Shown in pieces: positions 20,568 to 30,434 of a stretch of DNA of 64,000 nt (the stretch's first letter is position 1; every line of letters begins with the position of its first letter). The translations under genes were made by a program, and so were the position numbers. Origin of the DNA: Alphaproteobacteria bacterium. GTDB taxonomy: Bacteria > Pseudomonadota > Alphaproteobacteria > MPNO01. Below the pieces are notes generated by a model that worked only from the letters and a program-made list of their open reading frames with translations, had not been told where the DNA came from and did no database searches. The DNA is taken from contig OZ219866.1 of the NCBI GenBank assembly GCA_964291675.2, forward strand, positions 3,520,001-3,584,000, in the 5' to 3' direction.

Positions 20568-22090
20568 GCGACTACGCCCCGCCGCCCGAGGTGGCGCAGG
20601 CCGCCTGTGCCACCGTCGGGCGGCTGTTCGCCGCGACCGCGCGGCTGTTCCCCGCGCGCACCGCGCTGGTCGAGGGCGGGCGCGGCCTGACCTATGCCGA
20701 GCTCGACGCCAGGACGAACCGGCTCGCCAACGTTCTGCTCGGGCGCGGCGTCGGGCGCGGCGACCGGGTGGCGCTGATGGCGCGCAACGCGATCTTCTAT
20801 CTCGAGGTCGAGCTCGCCTGCGCCCGCATCGGCGCCATCTGCGTCGGGCTCAACTGGCGCTTTACCGCCGAGGAGACCGCGCACGGGCTGACCCTCACGG
20901 ACCCCGCGCTCACCGTCGCCTCGGCCGACTACGCGGCGACGGTCGCGGCGGCGGGCTTCCCGGCCGACCTGGTGCCGGGCGAGAGCCTGGAGGCGGCGAT
21001 GGCGGGCGCGTCCGAGCGCGATCCCGGCTGCCATGTCGAGCCCGAGGACGGCATGGTCATCGTCTTCACCAGCGGCACCACCGGGCACCCCAAGGGCGCG
21101 CTGATCTCCCACCGGGCGATGATCGCGCGCACCCTGATCTACGCCGCCGAGCTGGCCGTGCCGGCGGACGACACGTTCGTCGCCTGGACGCCGCTGTTCC
21201 ACATGGGGGCGAACGACTTCGCCTTCGCGACGCTCCTGCGCGGCGGCCGGGTCGCGGTGATGGACGGCTACCGCCCGCGCGAGCTGATCCGCGCCATCGA
21301 GACCTGGCCGGTGCACTACCTCGCCGCCGTCCCCGGCATGGTCGAGGATTTCATCGCCCATCTCAAGGCGTCCAGCCGCGACTTCAGGCCCATCGGCATG
21401 GTGGGCGCGATGGCGGATCTCGTGCCGCGCCAGCAGCTCAGGGAGATCACCGGGCTGTTGGGCGCGCCCTGGCTCAACACCTTCGGCTCGACCGAGACCG
21501 GGATCCCGCCGGCGACCGCGAACTTCGTCCCCATAGGCAGCGCGCCCGAGCGCCTGCCCAAGGCGCAGAACCGGTTCTGCGAGATCCGCCTGGTCGACGA
21601 AGACGGCAACGACGTGGCGGACGGCGAGCCCGGCGAGCTCGCGATCCGCGGGCCCAGCCTGTTCTCCGGCTACTGGGGCAACGACGAAGCCAACCGCGAG
21701 GCGTTCCGCGGCGGCTGGTTCCACATGGGCGATGCGTTCCGCCGCAACCCCGACGGCACGCTCGATTTCGTCGACCGGGTGAAATACATGATCAAGTCGG
21801 GCGGCGAGAACATTTATCCCGCCGAGATCGAGCGCCACATCCTGGCCGACCCCCGCATCTCCGACGCCGCGGTGGTCAGGAAGCCGGACGCGCGCTGGGG
21901 CGAGGTCCCGGTGGTGTTCGCCGCCCGCACCGACGAGACGATGACGGCGGACGACGTGATCGCCGCCTGCCGCGGCCGCATCGCCAATTACAAGCTGCCC
22001 AAGGAGGTGCATTTCGTGGCCATGGACGATCTGCCGCGCAGCACGTCCGGCAAGATCCAGCGCCACGTGCTGGAGGCGCGGCTGGGGTAG
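20564..22090 (+). CDS. AMP-dependent acyl-CoA ligase
   Basis: FTSGTTGHPKG, FGSTE, WFHMGD, MIKSGGENIYPAEIE, LPRSTSGK; GTGA overlap with the cyclase. Confidence 0.92.
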   Translation: MSDYAPPPEVAQAACATVGRLFAATARLFPARTALVEGGRGLTYAELDARTNRLANVLLGRGVGRGDRVALMARNAIFYLEVELACARIGAICVGLNWRFTAEETAHGLTLTDPALTVASADYAATVAAAGFPADLVPGESLEAAMAGASERDPGCHVEPEDGMVIVFTSGTTGHPKGALISHRAMIARTLIYAAELAVPADDTFVAWTPLFHMGANDFAFATLLRGGRVAVMDGYRPRELIRAIETWPVHYLAAVPGMVEDFIAHLKASSRDFRPIGMVGAMADLVPRQQLREITGLLGAPWLNTFGSTETGIPPATANFVPIGSAPERLPKAQNRFCEIRLVDEDGNDVADGEPGELAIRGPSLFSGYWGNDEANREAFRGGWFHMGDAFRRNPDGTLDFVDRVKYMIKSGGENIYPAEIERHILADPRISDAAVVRKPDARWGEVPVVFAARTDETMTADDVIAACRGRIANYKLPKEVHFVAMDDLPRSTSGKIQRHVLEARLG

Positions 22091-22100
22091 GGGCCCGCCC

Positions 22101-22297
22101 GTCCTTCGATACGCCGCTGACGCGGCTACTCAGGATGAGGGGTGGACGTGGGGCGGCCCCGCTCGCCCTCCCTCATCCTGAGGGGTGGGTGCGGGGCGGC
22201 GCCCATCGCCCTCCTTCATCCTGAGGGGTGGGTGCGGGGCGGCGCCGATCTCCCTCCCCTCATCCTGAGTAGCCGCGTCAGCGGCGTATCGAAGGAC
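22101..22297. repeat. Family B REP-like element: 42-bp perfect inverted repeat
   Basis: GTCCTTCGATACGCCGCTGACGCGGCTACTCAGGATGAGGGG (22101-22142) and its exact reverse complement (22256-22297); internal TCATCCTGAGGGGTGGGTGCGGGGCGGCGCC direct repeats. Confidence 0.88.
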
Positions 22298-22302
22298 GCC
22301 CC

Positions 22303-24882
22303 CTACCAGCGCAGACCCCCGCGCAGGGTGACGGCGTGGTGGGTGGCGCCGTGGGCGGTGCGGCTGCGGGCGGCCTCCAGGCCGATATGCGCCGCCGTCG
22401 CGAGCTCGAATCGCCCGCCGAGGCTCACCCGCCGGGCGCCCGCCCCGGCGAGCGAGAGCCCGGCATAGGGGGTGAGCAGGCCGGCGCCGCCGGGGCCGGC
22501 GATGCCGTAGGCGATGCGCGCGCGCAGCCGTCCGGCGGCGCGGCTTGGGGCGGCGGCGGGGACGATTCCGGCCTCCCACAGTTGCCGCGCGCCGCTCGCC
22601 GTCCGGCCCCAGCCCGGCGCGACGCCGATGGCGAGCCCGCGCCCCGCCGCGCCGGGGTCGAAGCTGAGCGAGCCGCCCACGCCCCACTCCTCGTGGTCGC
22701 CGCCATGGACCAGCAGGGTGCGGCCGCGCAGCTCGGCGGCGAGCCCCGATGCCGGGTCGGCGTAGCGCATCCCGCCCCCGGCCTCGACGCCGCCGCCGGT
22801 CTCGCCGTCGCCGCCGTCGCTGCGCAGGCCGATCTCGACCGACGGGGTGAACGACGCCCCCGAGGCGAGACGCTGGGCGTGGCTGCCCTCGATGGCGAGC
22901 CGCAGCCGGCTGGCGTCGAGCGTCGCGCTCGCGAGCGCCCCCGACCCGTCGAGCTCGGCCCTGGTGTAGGCGGCCTCGCCCTTGAGCCTGATGCTGGTGG
23001 TGCCGCCCTCCGACAGCCTGGTGCTGGCGAGCAGCTTCCCGCTCGCGCCCGCCGCCGCCATCTGCTGCGTCAAATCGCCGGTCTCCGCCCCCGCCGGGCC
23101 GTCGAGCTCGACCTCGCCCCAGCCATGGCCGGCGGCGGCCCAGAGGCTCAGCCCGCCGGCCGAGTGCCAGCCGGCATAGGGGGCGATGCCGGTCACCGTG
23201 GCCGTGAGCTCGCCGGCCGCCGCGCCGTCGCGGTAGTCGGCCGCGCCGCGCGCCCGGCCGACCGCCACGCCGGCCAGCAGCCCCCCGCCCAGCCTGGCGT
23301 CGAGCCCGAGACGGGCGCCGGTCACGTCGCCGTCGTAGCGCACGCTGCGCCGGCTTCCGCCGGAGAGCTCGCGGTAGTCGCCGCTGCCCCAGAGCGTGAG
23401 CTTGCCGAGCGGCCCGCCCTCGCCGCCCGCAAGCGGCAGGGCGAAGGACGAGCCGGGCAGCAGGCGCCCGGGATCGAAGCCGCCCGCCTCCAGCGCGCCG
23501 CGGTTGGCCAGCAGCGCGCCCGTCAGCGTGGACGCGCCGCCGATCCGCGCCTCCGCGCCCGGCGCGGCGCCCGGGCCCGCCTGCTCCATGCGCGCCGATA
23601 TCGCATCCACCGTGCCCGCGGTCATCGCCCGCATGATTTGCGGCAGCACGGCCGCGACCGCCCGGTTCGCATCGGCGCCCGCCGGCGGCGGCGGCGTCGT
23701 GCCGGTGCCGGGGCTGCCGTAGAAGCCCGAGGCGACGATGAAATCGAGCGGGCGCGCGACCCCGCCGGGTCCCGCGACCGTGCCGGTGAACTCGCGGGCA
23801 TAGCCGGTCTTGGGGATGTCGGCGCTGTCGCTGTCGTCGGCGGGATCGTCGAAGTGATACTCGACGAATCCGCCGTCGGGGCCGCTCTTGGCCGCCGCCA
23901 GGACCCGCGGCAGGATGAACTCGCCGGTCACCGCGTCGCGCACCGTCGGCCGCAGCGGCCGGTACTCGAACCGGTCCGGCTGGGTCGCGTGGAACAGGAT
24001 GATGTCGTTGGCGGTGTCCAGCACGTAGAGATAGACCGAGCCGTGCCGCCACGGCCCGTTCGGATCGCGCAGCGCGATGCGGGCCCGCGACGCGGCGGCG
24101 GCATCGCCGCTCCGCTGGATCTCGAGAAACCAGTTGCCGGCCTGGGTGACGAACGCCTTCAGGGTCTCGCGGTCCACCACGTCGCGCGCGGTGACGCTGG
24201 GCGCGCCGTGGTCGATCGCCTCCGGGGCCAGGTGGGATGCCGCGAGGTCGAACCCGGCGAGCAGCACGATCGGCGCCCGGAACTCGGGCGAGACATAGAC
24301 GCTGGCGTAGCCCGACGCGCCGGGGGCGATGGCGGTCGCGTCGAACGCGGCGTCGGGCTCCGCCGACAGCGTCGCCATGAGCGTCGCCAAGGCGCCGTCG
24401 CGCGCGGCGGGATCGGGCGAGGCGAGGCCGGCCAGAGCGGCCCGGGGGACGCCGAGCGCGGCGAGGATCTCGCCATAGACGAGCGGGTTCAACAGCCCGC
24501 CCGAGAGCGCCATGTCCTTCGCGTGGATGAACACGCGGCCGTCCGGCGTCAGGCTCACCAGATAGGTCGAGCCCGACCGCCAGATGCCGTCCTCCTGGCG
24601 GATCAGGCAGGCGATATAGAGCCCCTGCTCGGTGGTCGTCGCCTGCCGCGCATGCTCGCGCGACCGCTCCCGCGCGGCGAGCGTGAAGTCTTTGAGCGCG
24701 CCGGTGCCGCTCTCCACCTCCGCCGCCGTGACCTCCGGCGGTTCGACGGCGGTGGCGCCGGCGGGGCGGGGGCAGGCCTCCTGCGCCGCCGCGGGGCGGG
24801 GGAGGGCGAGGACGGCGGCGAGGGCGAGCAGGGAGGCGAGGAAAAGCGTGGATGCGCGGGGCGGCGGTGTTGCGGGATTCAT
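22303..24882 (-). CDS. Autotransporter with tandem Cache-like passenger domains
   Basis: Signal peptide (..LALPRPAAA/Q); two 'LKxF...A...W RxGSxYL' units, GGFVEYHFDDP...KTGYA (single-Cache-2-like); C-terminal beta-barrel (TLWGSGD, TPSVEIGLRSDGGD, LLTPYAG) ending in W. Confidence 0.75.
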   Translation of the reverse strand: MNPATPPPRASTLFLASLLALAAVLALPRPAAAQEACPRPAGATAVEPPEVTAAEVESGTGALKDFTLAARERSREHARQATTTEQGLYIACLIRQEDGIWRSGSTYLVSLTPDGRVFIHAKDMALSGGLLNPLVYGEILAALGVPRAALAGLASPDPAARDGALATLMATLSAEPDAAFDATAIAPGASGYASVYVSPEFRAPIVLLAGFDLAASHLAPEAIDHGAPSVTARDVVDRETLKAFVTQAGNWFLEIQRSGDAAAASRARIALRDPNGPWRHGSVYLYVLDTANDIILFHATQPDRFEYRPLRPTVRDAVTGEFILPRVLAAAKSGPDGGFVEYHFDDPADDSDSADIPKTGYAREFTGTVAGPGGVARPLDFIVASGFYGSPGTGTTPPPPAGADANRAVAAVLPQIMRAMTAGTVDAISARMEQAGPGAAPGAEARIGGASTLTGALLANRGALEAGGFDPGRLLPGSSFALPLAGGEGGPLGKLTLWGSGDYRELSGGSRRSVRYDGDVTGARLGLDARLGGGLLAGVAVGRARGAADYRDGAAAGELTATVTGIAPYAGWHSAGGLSLWAAAGHGWGEVELDGPAGAETGDLTQQMAAAGASGKLLASTRLSEGGTTSIRLKGEAAYTRAELDGSGALASATLDASRLRLAIEGSHAQRLASGASFTPSVEIGLRSDGGDGETGGGVEAGGGMRYADPASGLAAELRGRTLLVHGGDHEEWGVGGSLSFDPGAAGRGLAIGVAPGWGRTASGARQLWEAGIVPAAAPSRAAGRLRARIAYGIAGPGGAGLLTPYAGLSLAGAGARRVSLGGRFELATAAHIGLEAARSRTAHGATHHAVTLRGGLRW

Positions 24883-25037
24883 GCTACCTCCCGGGGAACA
24901 GCGGCAGCGCGGGCGCCGCGGGGAGCGCGGCGTCGACGGTCTCTTGTCACTGTAACAAAATCGTGAGGTCGGAGGCCGAATCGGGTCGCCCGACGGGCCG
25001 CGCGGCGGGGGGAGGCGGTCTCCTCCGTCATGGTCGG

Positions 25038-28000
25038 CTACAGCGCGATCTCCGCGTCCGGGTGGCCGGCGGCCAGCGCGTTCATCCAGGCGAGGCAGAG
25101 CTCGCGGGAGCGGTAGGTGCCGTAGGCGGCGGTTTCCTCGCGCTCGACGATGGGAAACGTGGAATAGACGTAGCGCACGTCGTCCCGGTCGGTGACGCCG
25201 TAGACATGGAAGAACACCGCGTCCAGCTTGGCGCGCAGAAACAGGCGCCGCTCCTCGTCCCACGCGAAGGGCGGCAGGACCTCGCCGTCCTCATCGACAT
25301 ACCCCATGTCGCGGGCGAAGGGGGCCATGTCATGGGCCGTGTAAGTCAATTCCAGCACTGCCTCGCCGACGATTTCACGGACGGCCTTCGGTCCGAAGCG
25401 CTCGGCCTCGTACCGAACGGGAGGGACAACGGGAAGTTGCTCGACGATGAACCAGTTGAGGTGCTGGCCTTGAATTTTCCGGCGCGCGACGTAGTCGAAT
25501 GGCACAGCGTTGAAATTGGCGAGAAGGAGTGCGGTGTGGGCCTCCCGCTCTCCATCTGTCGATACAATGGGCAGTGTGTTCCCTGCGCCGGAACCTGGTA
25601 TCAGGGCAGCGATCATGGATCGTACATTCGTCGGCGCGGTAACGTCTTTGAACCCGAGCAAATACGGGGCCGTCGGGAACGCCGTCTCGCTTCGCAGAAC
25701 CCAATACTGCGGGTCAGGTAGCCACTCTGGATCGCGGTGCTCATCGAGCGTGGCCGGCTCGGGCTGAGCCGGGCGGTGCTGATTTTCCAGGTTGACGACA
25801 ACGCTGGCAGCACGATGATCGAAAGCCTGCACCATCTTGCCTTCGTAGAGCGGCACCCATTCGCCGGCCGGGCTGCCGAAGCGGTTTCCGCCCGTCGGCC
25901 AAGCGCGTTCCCGCTCCTCAAGGTCCGCGCGCGTGCGGAACCGCCCGGAGTCGTTGGTCATGTGGAACATCGTCGCGTATTTCACCGGCCACGACCTCGC
26001 CTCTTCGCCCGACGAGCGGTTCACCAGCACCGGCAGGCGCTGGTAAATCGCCGTGGTCAGTGCCGCGTCGCGGCGGGTCCGGAAGATGGGCGCGGTGCCC
26101 GTGTTCGGGTTGACGCGCGCGAAGGCCTCCGCCGTCAACGGGAAGCAGCGTTCTGCGTCGTCAAGCTCGGCAACATCCTGAACGAAGAACGCGCACCGCG
26201 CGGCGTCGGGGACCCGGGACGGGCTGGCGACGAAGGCGCAAAACTTGAAACGGCTGTCCACGTCGGGGAAGAAGGGCGGAGCGTCGTAGCGCGTGCGCCG
26301 GTTCTCGAAATCGTACAGCGCCTTCAGCCGGCCTTCGGTCGCGATGCCCTTGAAGAAGCGCGCCGCCGTCTTGTCCGACGCGATGCCCGACGGCGTGAGG
26401 AGACCGACCATGCCGTCGGGCTTCGCCAGCGCCATCGCACGCTCGACAAAGAGCGAGTAAAGGTTCACGTCGCCGGAAGAAAGTAGCGGATAGTCGCCGC
26501 CCTTTCGCGCAATGCGGGCGGCCATCGCGGCCCGTTCGCTCGCCACCGCATAGTCCTGCGCCAGCGGGTCGTCTTCCTGCTGGAGCGCCGCGATCAAGCG
26601 CCTTCGGTCGGCGGCGCGCGGCTGAAGCGCAATCTCGCGTCGGCGCGTGGCGAACCATTCGACCTGTTGCAGCTTCATCCGGTCCCAGGGCGGGTTGCCG
26701 ATCACAGCATCGAAACCGCCTTGTGGATTCAGGCTCTGCCAATTCGTCCAGACGCCGGGAAAGGCGGTCTGCCAGTTGAAAAAGCGCTCCTCCCGGACGA
26801 GGCGCTGCGCTTGTCTCAGCAGTTCGACGAAACGCGCACTCTCCGCCGGCTCCATCGAGATCTCGGCCCTGGCCAGCGCGATCTCTATGGGGTCGCCGAA
26901 GAGACCGCCGAAGAAGGATTGCAGCGCGGTCGTGCTTTCCCGGTCCCGCACGTTAAGCCAGTCGATCGCGTGCACCAGGGAGAGGACGGCGTTGAGCGGC
27001 TCGGTGGCCGCCTCCACCTCGGCGAACGCTTCGGCCGAGCGATGCGCCTCCGCGATCTCCGCGTCGGTCAGGTCTTCGATCCGTTGCATCGAGCCCGCGG
27101 ACCGCTCGGCCCGGGTGACGGGGCCGTGCAGCAGAAGCGGGCCGCCATACCGGGCGGCCTTGTCGATCCCGGCCCGCGCCGATGCGCCGAACAGGCTGTC
27201 GCCACAGCGGAGGTGGTGGTCGAGAAAGCTGAGCGGCGCGCCTACCGTGAAGGTGTGCAGCCAGAGAGCAACCTTCGCGAGCTCCACCGCCATCGGGTTC
27301 TTGTCGACGCCGTAGACGCAGCGCTTGAGCACCATGCGCCGGACGATGTGGCGGTCGTCGAGCCGGTCGAGATCGACGGTCCAGCCGCGTTCCGCCGCGT
27401 TTGCCGCGATCCTCTCGCGGATCGCCTCGATGCGGTCCGCGAGCGGCGAGACGTAGCCTTCCACCTCGACTTCCGCTTCGGCCATGGCCGCGATCACCTG
27501 GTCGGCGAGATAGTCCACCAGATTGACCAGGAAGTGACCCGACCCCATGGCCGGGTCGCAGACCTTCAGCTCGAGCAGCCTCTCGGCCGGGTCGTGTCGT
27601 GCCAGGCGAGCGATCGCCCTCTCTCGCGCCGGGCTTGCTTCGGGGACACGTCCGGCTTCCGCCACGAAGGCGTCCATACGCGCTTGCACCAGCGGCCCGA
27701 GCGTCTCCTCCACGATCAGGCCGACCAGATCGTCCGGCGTGTAGTAGCTGCCGGAGCCCTTGCGGGCGAAGATATTGGGGCGGACGGCTATCCCGTCGCC
27801 GTCCTGGACAAGCTCGTGTTCCAGCAGGCGCTCGTAGATCGAGCCGAGCTGGCGCACGCCGAGGTCGCGGTAGTTGATGTAGCGGCGGCCCGCCTCGCCT
27901 TGCTCGAAGGAGAGGGCGTCGATGATATCCGCCATCACGCGGTCGCCGAGCCGAATGCGGTCGAGGAGCGGCACCCGCGTCCGGTCGAACAGACCCCCGT

Positions 28001-29114
28001 TGTACGGGGGCAGCCCGATCGAGGCGTCGCCCCGGTCGACGGCGCGGCAGAGATCGTCGACCGCCGACCAGTAACGCGCCGCGGTCTCGGAGAACACGTC
28101 CCCGAGGTCCTTGCGGCGGCCGACATCGCCGCGCACCCGGTCGCGTAGCGCGTAGTCGTCATAGCGCTCATCGCGGACCGGCAGCAGGTCGCGATCCTCC
28201 GCATAGAGGATGAACAGCAGCCGGTAGAGGAGGATCAGGGCCGCCTCGCGGACCTCGGCCAGGGGCGCCTCCGGCGCGGCAGCCGAGATCGCGCGGGCGA
28301 GCCCGGGGAATACCTGCTCGAAGACGAGTCTCGACAGGTTGTCCGCGACGCGCTCTTCGTAGTACCGGCCTTCCTCGATCGCGCGCCGATGGAAGGTGCG
28401 TTCGTCTGCCGCGCCGGGCAGGAAGGCATCGCGCCCGAAGACCAGCGCGAAGAGCTTGAGGCCGTGGCGCCGTTCCGCCTCGTCGAGCGCGAACAGGCCG
28501 TCGTTGTGGCCGGGAAGGTTCAGGATCGCCGCGAGGTCGATCTCAAAGAACTGTTCGGAGACCGACCGCGCGCCCTGATAATAGAGCCGCCATACGGCGC
28601 CGTTGGTGAGGATGCCCCAGCGGAGGCGGCCCGCGGTCAGATCGTCGATGCGCCGCAAATAACGGAGAACCTGCGTCGAGGGCGCCGTCTCCTCGCCGGC
28701 TCTTCCCGAGCGCCGGTCGAGCGGGCGCTGCCAGCGCTTCGATTCCACGACCGCCAGACCCAACTCGTAACGCATCCACTCCCGGGCGAAACGGTTCGCC
28801 TGATCCTTTGCCCGGTCGTCCGCGAACAGCAGGCCGTCCGGCACGTCCTCGCGGCCGGCCGCGCTCAGGTTTTGCTGCCGCGAGCTCGCCGACCAGCCGA
28901 GCGTTGCGAGGACGGGCCAGATCAGGTCGTCTTCGGTCTGGCTCTCGTTTGGGGACCCGTGGAACGGGAAACGCTCGAAGACCGCCCGCAGCCCGGCTTC
29001 GAGTTGGTCGAGCGCAGCGTCATCGATCGCCTGCCAGTCCGCCGTCCCGGCAACCGTGTCGCACAGGAAGTCGTTGGCGAAGAGGCTTCCCTGGAATGCA
29101 GCGTCGATGCTCAT
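25038..29114 (-). CDS. Type IIG (Eco57I-like) fused restriction-modification enzyme
   Basis: N-terminal PD-(D/E)xK (VPDGLLF...VESKRW, WGILTNG); GSYYTP; CDPAMGSGHFL; NPPW (N6-adenine MTase); C-terminal specificity region. Confidence 0.9.
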   Translation of the reverse strand: MSIDAAFQGSLFANDFLCDTVAGTADWQAIDDAALDQLEAGLRAVFERFPFHGSPNESQTEDDLIWPVLATLGWSASSRQQNLSAAGREDVPDGLLFADDRAKDQANRFAREWMRYELGLAVVESKRWQRPLDRRSGRAGEETAPSTQVLRYLRRIDDLTAGRLRWGILTNGAVWRLYYQGARSVSEQFFEIDLAAILNLPGHNDGLFALDEAERRHGLKLFALVFGRDAFLPGAADERTFHRRAIEEGRYYEERVADNLSRLVFEQVFPGLARAISAAAPEAPLAEVREAALILLYRLLFILYAEDRDLLPVRDERYDDYALRDRVRGDVGRRKDLGDVFSETAARYWSAVDDLCRAVDRGDASIGLPPYNGGLFDRTRVPLLDRIRLGDRVMADIIDALSFEQGEAGRRYINYRDLGVRQLGSIYERLLEHELVQDGDGIAVRPNIFARKGSGSYYTPDDLVGLIVEETLGPLVQARMDAFVAEAGRVPEASPARERAIARLARHDPAERLLELKVCDPAMGSGHFLVNLVDYLADQVIAAMAEAEVEVEGYVSPLADRIEAIRERIAANAAERGWTVDLDRLDDRHIVRRMVLKRCVYGVDKNPMAVELAKVALWLHTFTVGAPLSFLDHHLRCGDSLFGASARAGIDKAARYGGPLLLHGPVTRAERSAGSMQRIEDLTDAEIAEAHRSAEAFAEVEAATEPLNAVLSLVHAIDWLNVRDRESTTALQSFFGGLFGDPIEIALARAEISMEPAESARFVELLRQAQRLVREERFFNWQTAFPGVWTNWQSLNPQGGFDAVIGNPPWDRMKLQQVEWFATRRREIALQPRAADRRRLIAALQQEDDPLAQDYAVASERAAMAARIARKGGDYPLLSSGDVNLYSLFVERAMALAKPDGMVGLLTPSGIASDKTAARFFKGIATEGRLKALYDFENRRTRYDAPPFFPDVDSRFKFCAFVASPSRVPDAARCAFFVQDVAELDDAERCFPLTAEAFARVNPNTGTAPIFRTRRDAALTTAIYQRLPVLVNRSSGEEARSWPVKYATMFHMTNDSGRFRTRADLEERERAWPTGGNRFGSPAGEWVPLYEGKMVQAFDHRAASVVVNLENQHRPAQPEPATLDEHRDPEWLPDPQYWVLRSETAFPTAPYLLGFKDVTAPTNVRSMIAALIPGSGAGNTLPIVSTDGEREAHTALLLANFNAVPFDYVARRKIQGQHLNWFIVEQLPVVPPVRYEAERFGPKAVREIVGEAVLELTYTAHDMAPFARDMGYVDEDGEVLPPFAWDEERRLFLRAKLDAVFFHVYGVTDRDDVRYVYSTFPIVEREETAAYGTYRSRELCLAWMNALAAGHPDAEIAL

Positions 29115-29209
29115 GCCTCAATGGTCTGCCATCGGCCAGATGCTTCAGCGTGACGGCATAAGCCTTCTTCGGCTTGAAGAGGTCAACAGGGGCCGGCCCT
29201 CCCCGGCCC

Positions 29210-29445
29210 GTCATGCCTGGCCCGCAGATCAAGTCCGAGGGTGATCCGGGCATCCATGGGCGGTGCATGGAGGGCCGGGTGCGGCCCGCCCCATCGCCGT
29301 CCCTCCGGCCTGATCGCGGTGCGTGCGGAGCGGCCGCATGGATGGCCGGATCAAGTCCGGCCATGACGAGAGGAGGTGTCGGTGCTAGCCCTACAACGTC
29401 ATGGCCGGCCCCCGGATCAAGTCCGGGGGTAATCCGGCCATCCAT
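29210..29445. repeat. Cluster of family A REP-like palindromes
   Basis: Three units, including two with a nested CCCCGGATCAAGTCCGGGG-type insert. Confidence 0.82.
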
Positions 29446-29538
29446 GCAGCCTCCCCGCCCGCGAGGCGGCGCGTCGGGAGGGGGCGGCGCCCGTGGGTGT
29501 CCGGAACAAGCCCGCCCACAAGGAAGGAGGCCGCCCGC

Positions 29539-29970
29539 TCAGGCGGCCACCCTCACCGTCACCCGCTTCCCCAACTGCCGCAGCGCGCGGTCGATGGCCG
29601 CGGCCCTGGTGCCGTGGTCCGGGTTCAGCATGCGGCGGACCTCGCTCTCGGCGATACCGAGCTCGCGGGCGAGGCGGCGCTGCGAGATGCCGGCCTCGCG
29701 CCAGGCCTCGTAGAGCGCCGCCTTGAGGGCGATCTGCAGAGGCGGGACGATCAGGGGGCGCGGCTTGCCCGCGCGCGAAGGCTGGGGCAGGGCCTCGCCC
29801 GCGCGGATCGTGGCCGCGATCAGCTCGCGCAGCAGGTCCCCGGCCTCTTCCAGCGCCTCGCCACGCGTCGCGCCGTCGGTCGCGCCCCAGCCGAAATCGG
29901 GGAACGAGACGACATGGCGGCCGTCCTCGTCGCGTTCGAGCTCGGCGGGGTAGGCGTAAGTGTCCGGCAT
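29539..29970 (-). CDS. hicB: HicB family antitoxin with C-terminal HTH
   Basis: YAYPAELERD..VVSFPDF..ATDGATRGEALEEA; ISQRRLARELG HTH; downstream of hicA. Confidence 0.88.
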   Translation of the reverse strand: MPDTYAYPAELERDEDGRHVVSFPDFGWGATDGATRGEALEEAGDLLRELIAATIRAGEALPQPSRAGKPRPLIVPPLQIALKAALYEAWREAGISQRRLARELGIAESEVRRMLNPDHGTRAAAIDRALRQLGKRVTVRVAA

Positions 29971-29984
29971 CGGTTCGGCCCCCG

Positions 29985-30197
29985 TCAGAAGTCTTCTCTA
30001 TCGATCCCGAGGTCGGTGAGCATCTTGGCGAGCAGTCCCTTGCCGATCTCCTTCCTGCGGTCCTTGACGGTCGTCTTGCGATCGCCCGCATAAGGCGTCC
30101 CGTGCGAACCGGGGCCTTCGGAAGCCATGAAGCGAACCTCCAGATTCCGGCCCCTCGCCCATCTGCGAACCCGGACGATAAACTCCCGACCGTTCAT
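29985..30197 (-). CDS. hicA: HicA family mRNA interferase toxin
   Basis: 70 aa; GSH motif; EIGKGLLAKMLTDLGI. Confidence 0.82.
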   Translation of the reverse strand: MNGREFIVRVRRWARGRNLEVRFMASEGPGSHGTPYAGDRKTTVKDRRKEIGKGLLAKMLTDLGIDREDF

Positions 30198-30396
30198 GCC
30201 GCCTTACCGTGCGCCGGCGCCGGTGCTCGCCTGACTATAGATGCGTACATTTGTGAGCGCAATAGGCGAGTCCCATGCCTCCCTTTCCTTCCCCCGCGTC
30301 ATATCGACCGGAGCCATCCGAAGGACGGTGGAGCGGAGAAATGACGGGTTGGGTTGGGGTGGGCCCAATCCCCCCTTGCCCCTGGCATCTGGTGTG

Positions 30397-30406
30397 TGGT
30401 ATGCCA
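30397..30406. promoter_or_regulatory. Putative GntR/FadR-type operator
   Basis: Near-palindrome TGGTATGCCA in an AT-richer patch just upstream of the GntR gene. Confidence 0.45.
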
Positions 30407-30434
30407 TATACAACACATTCGACCGGGACCCAGG

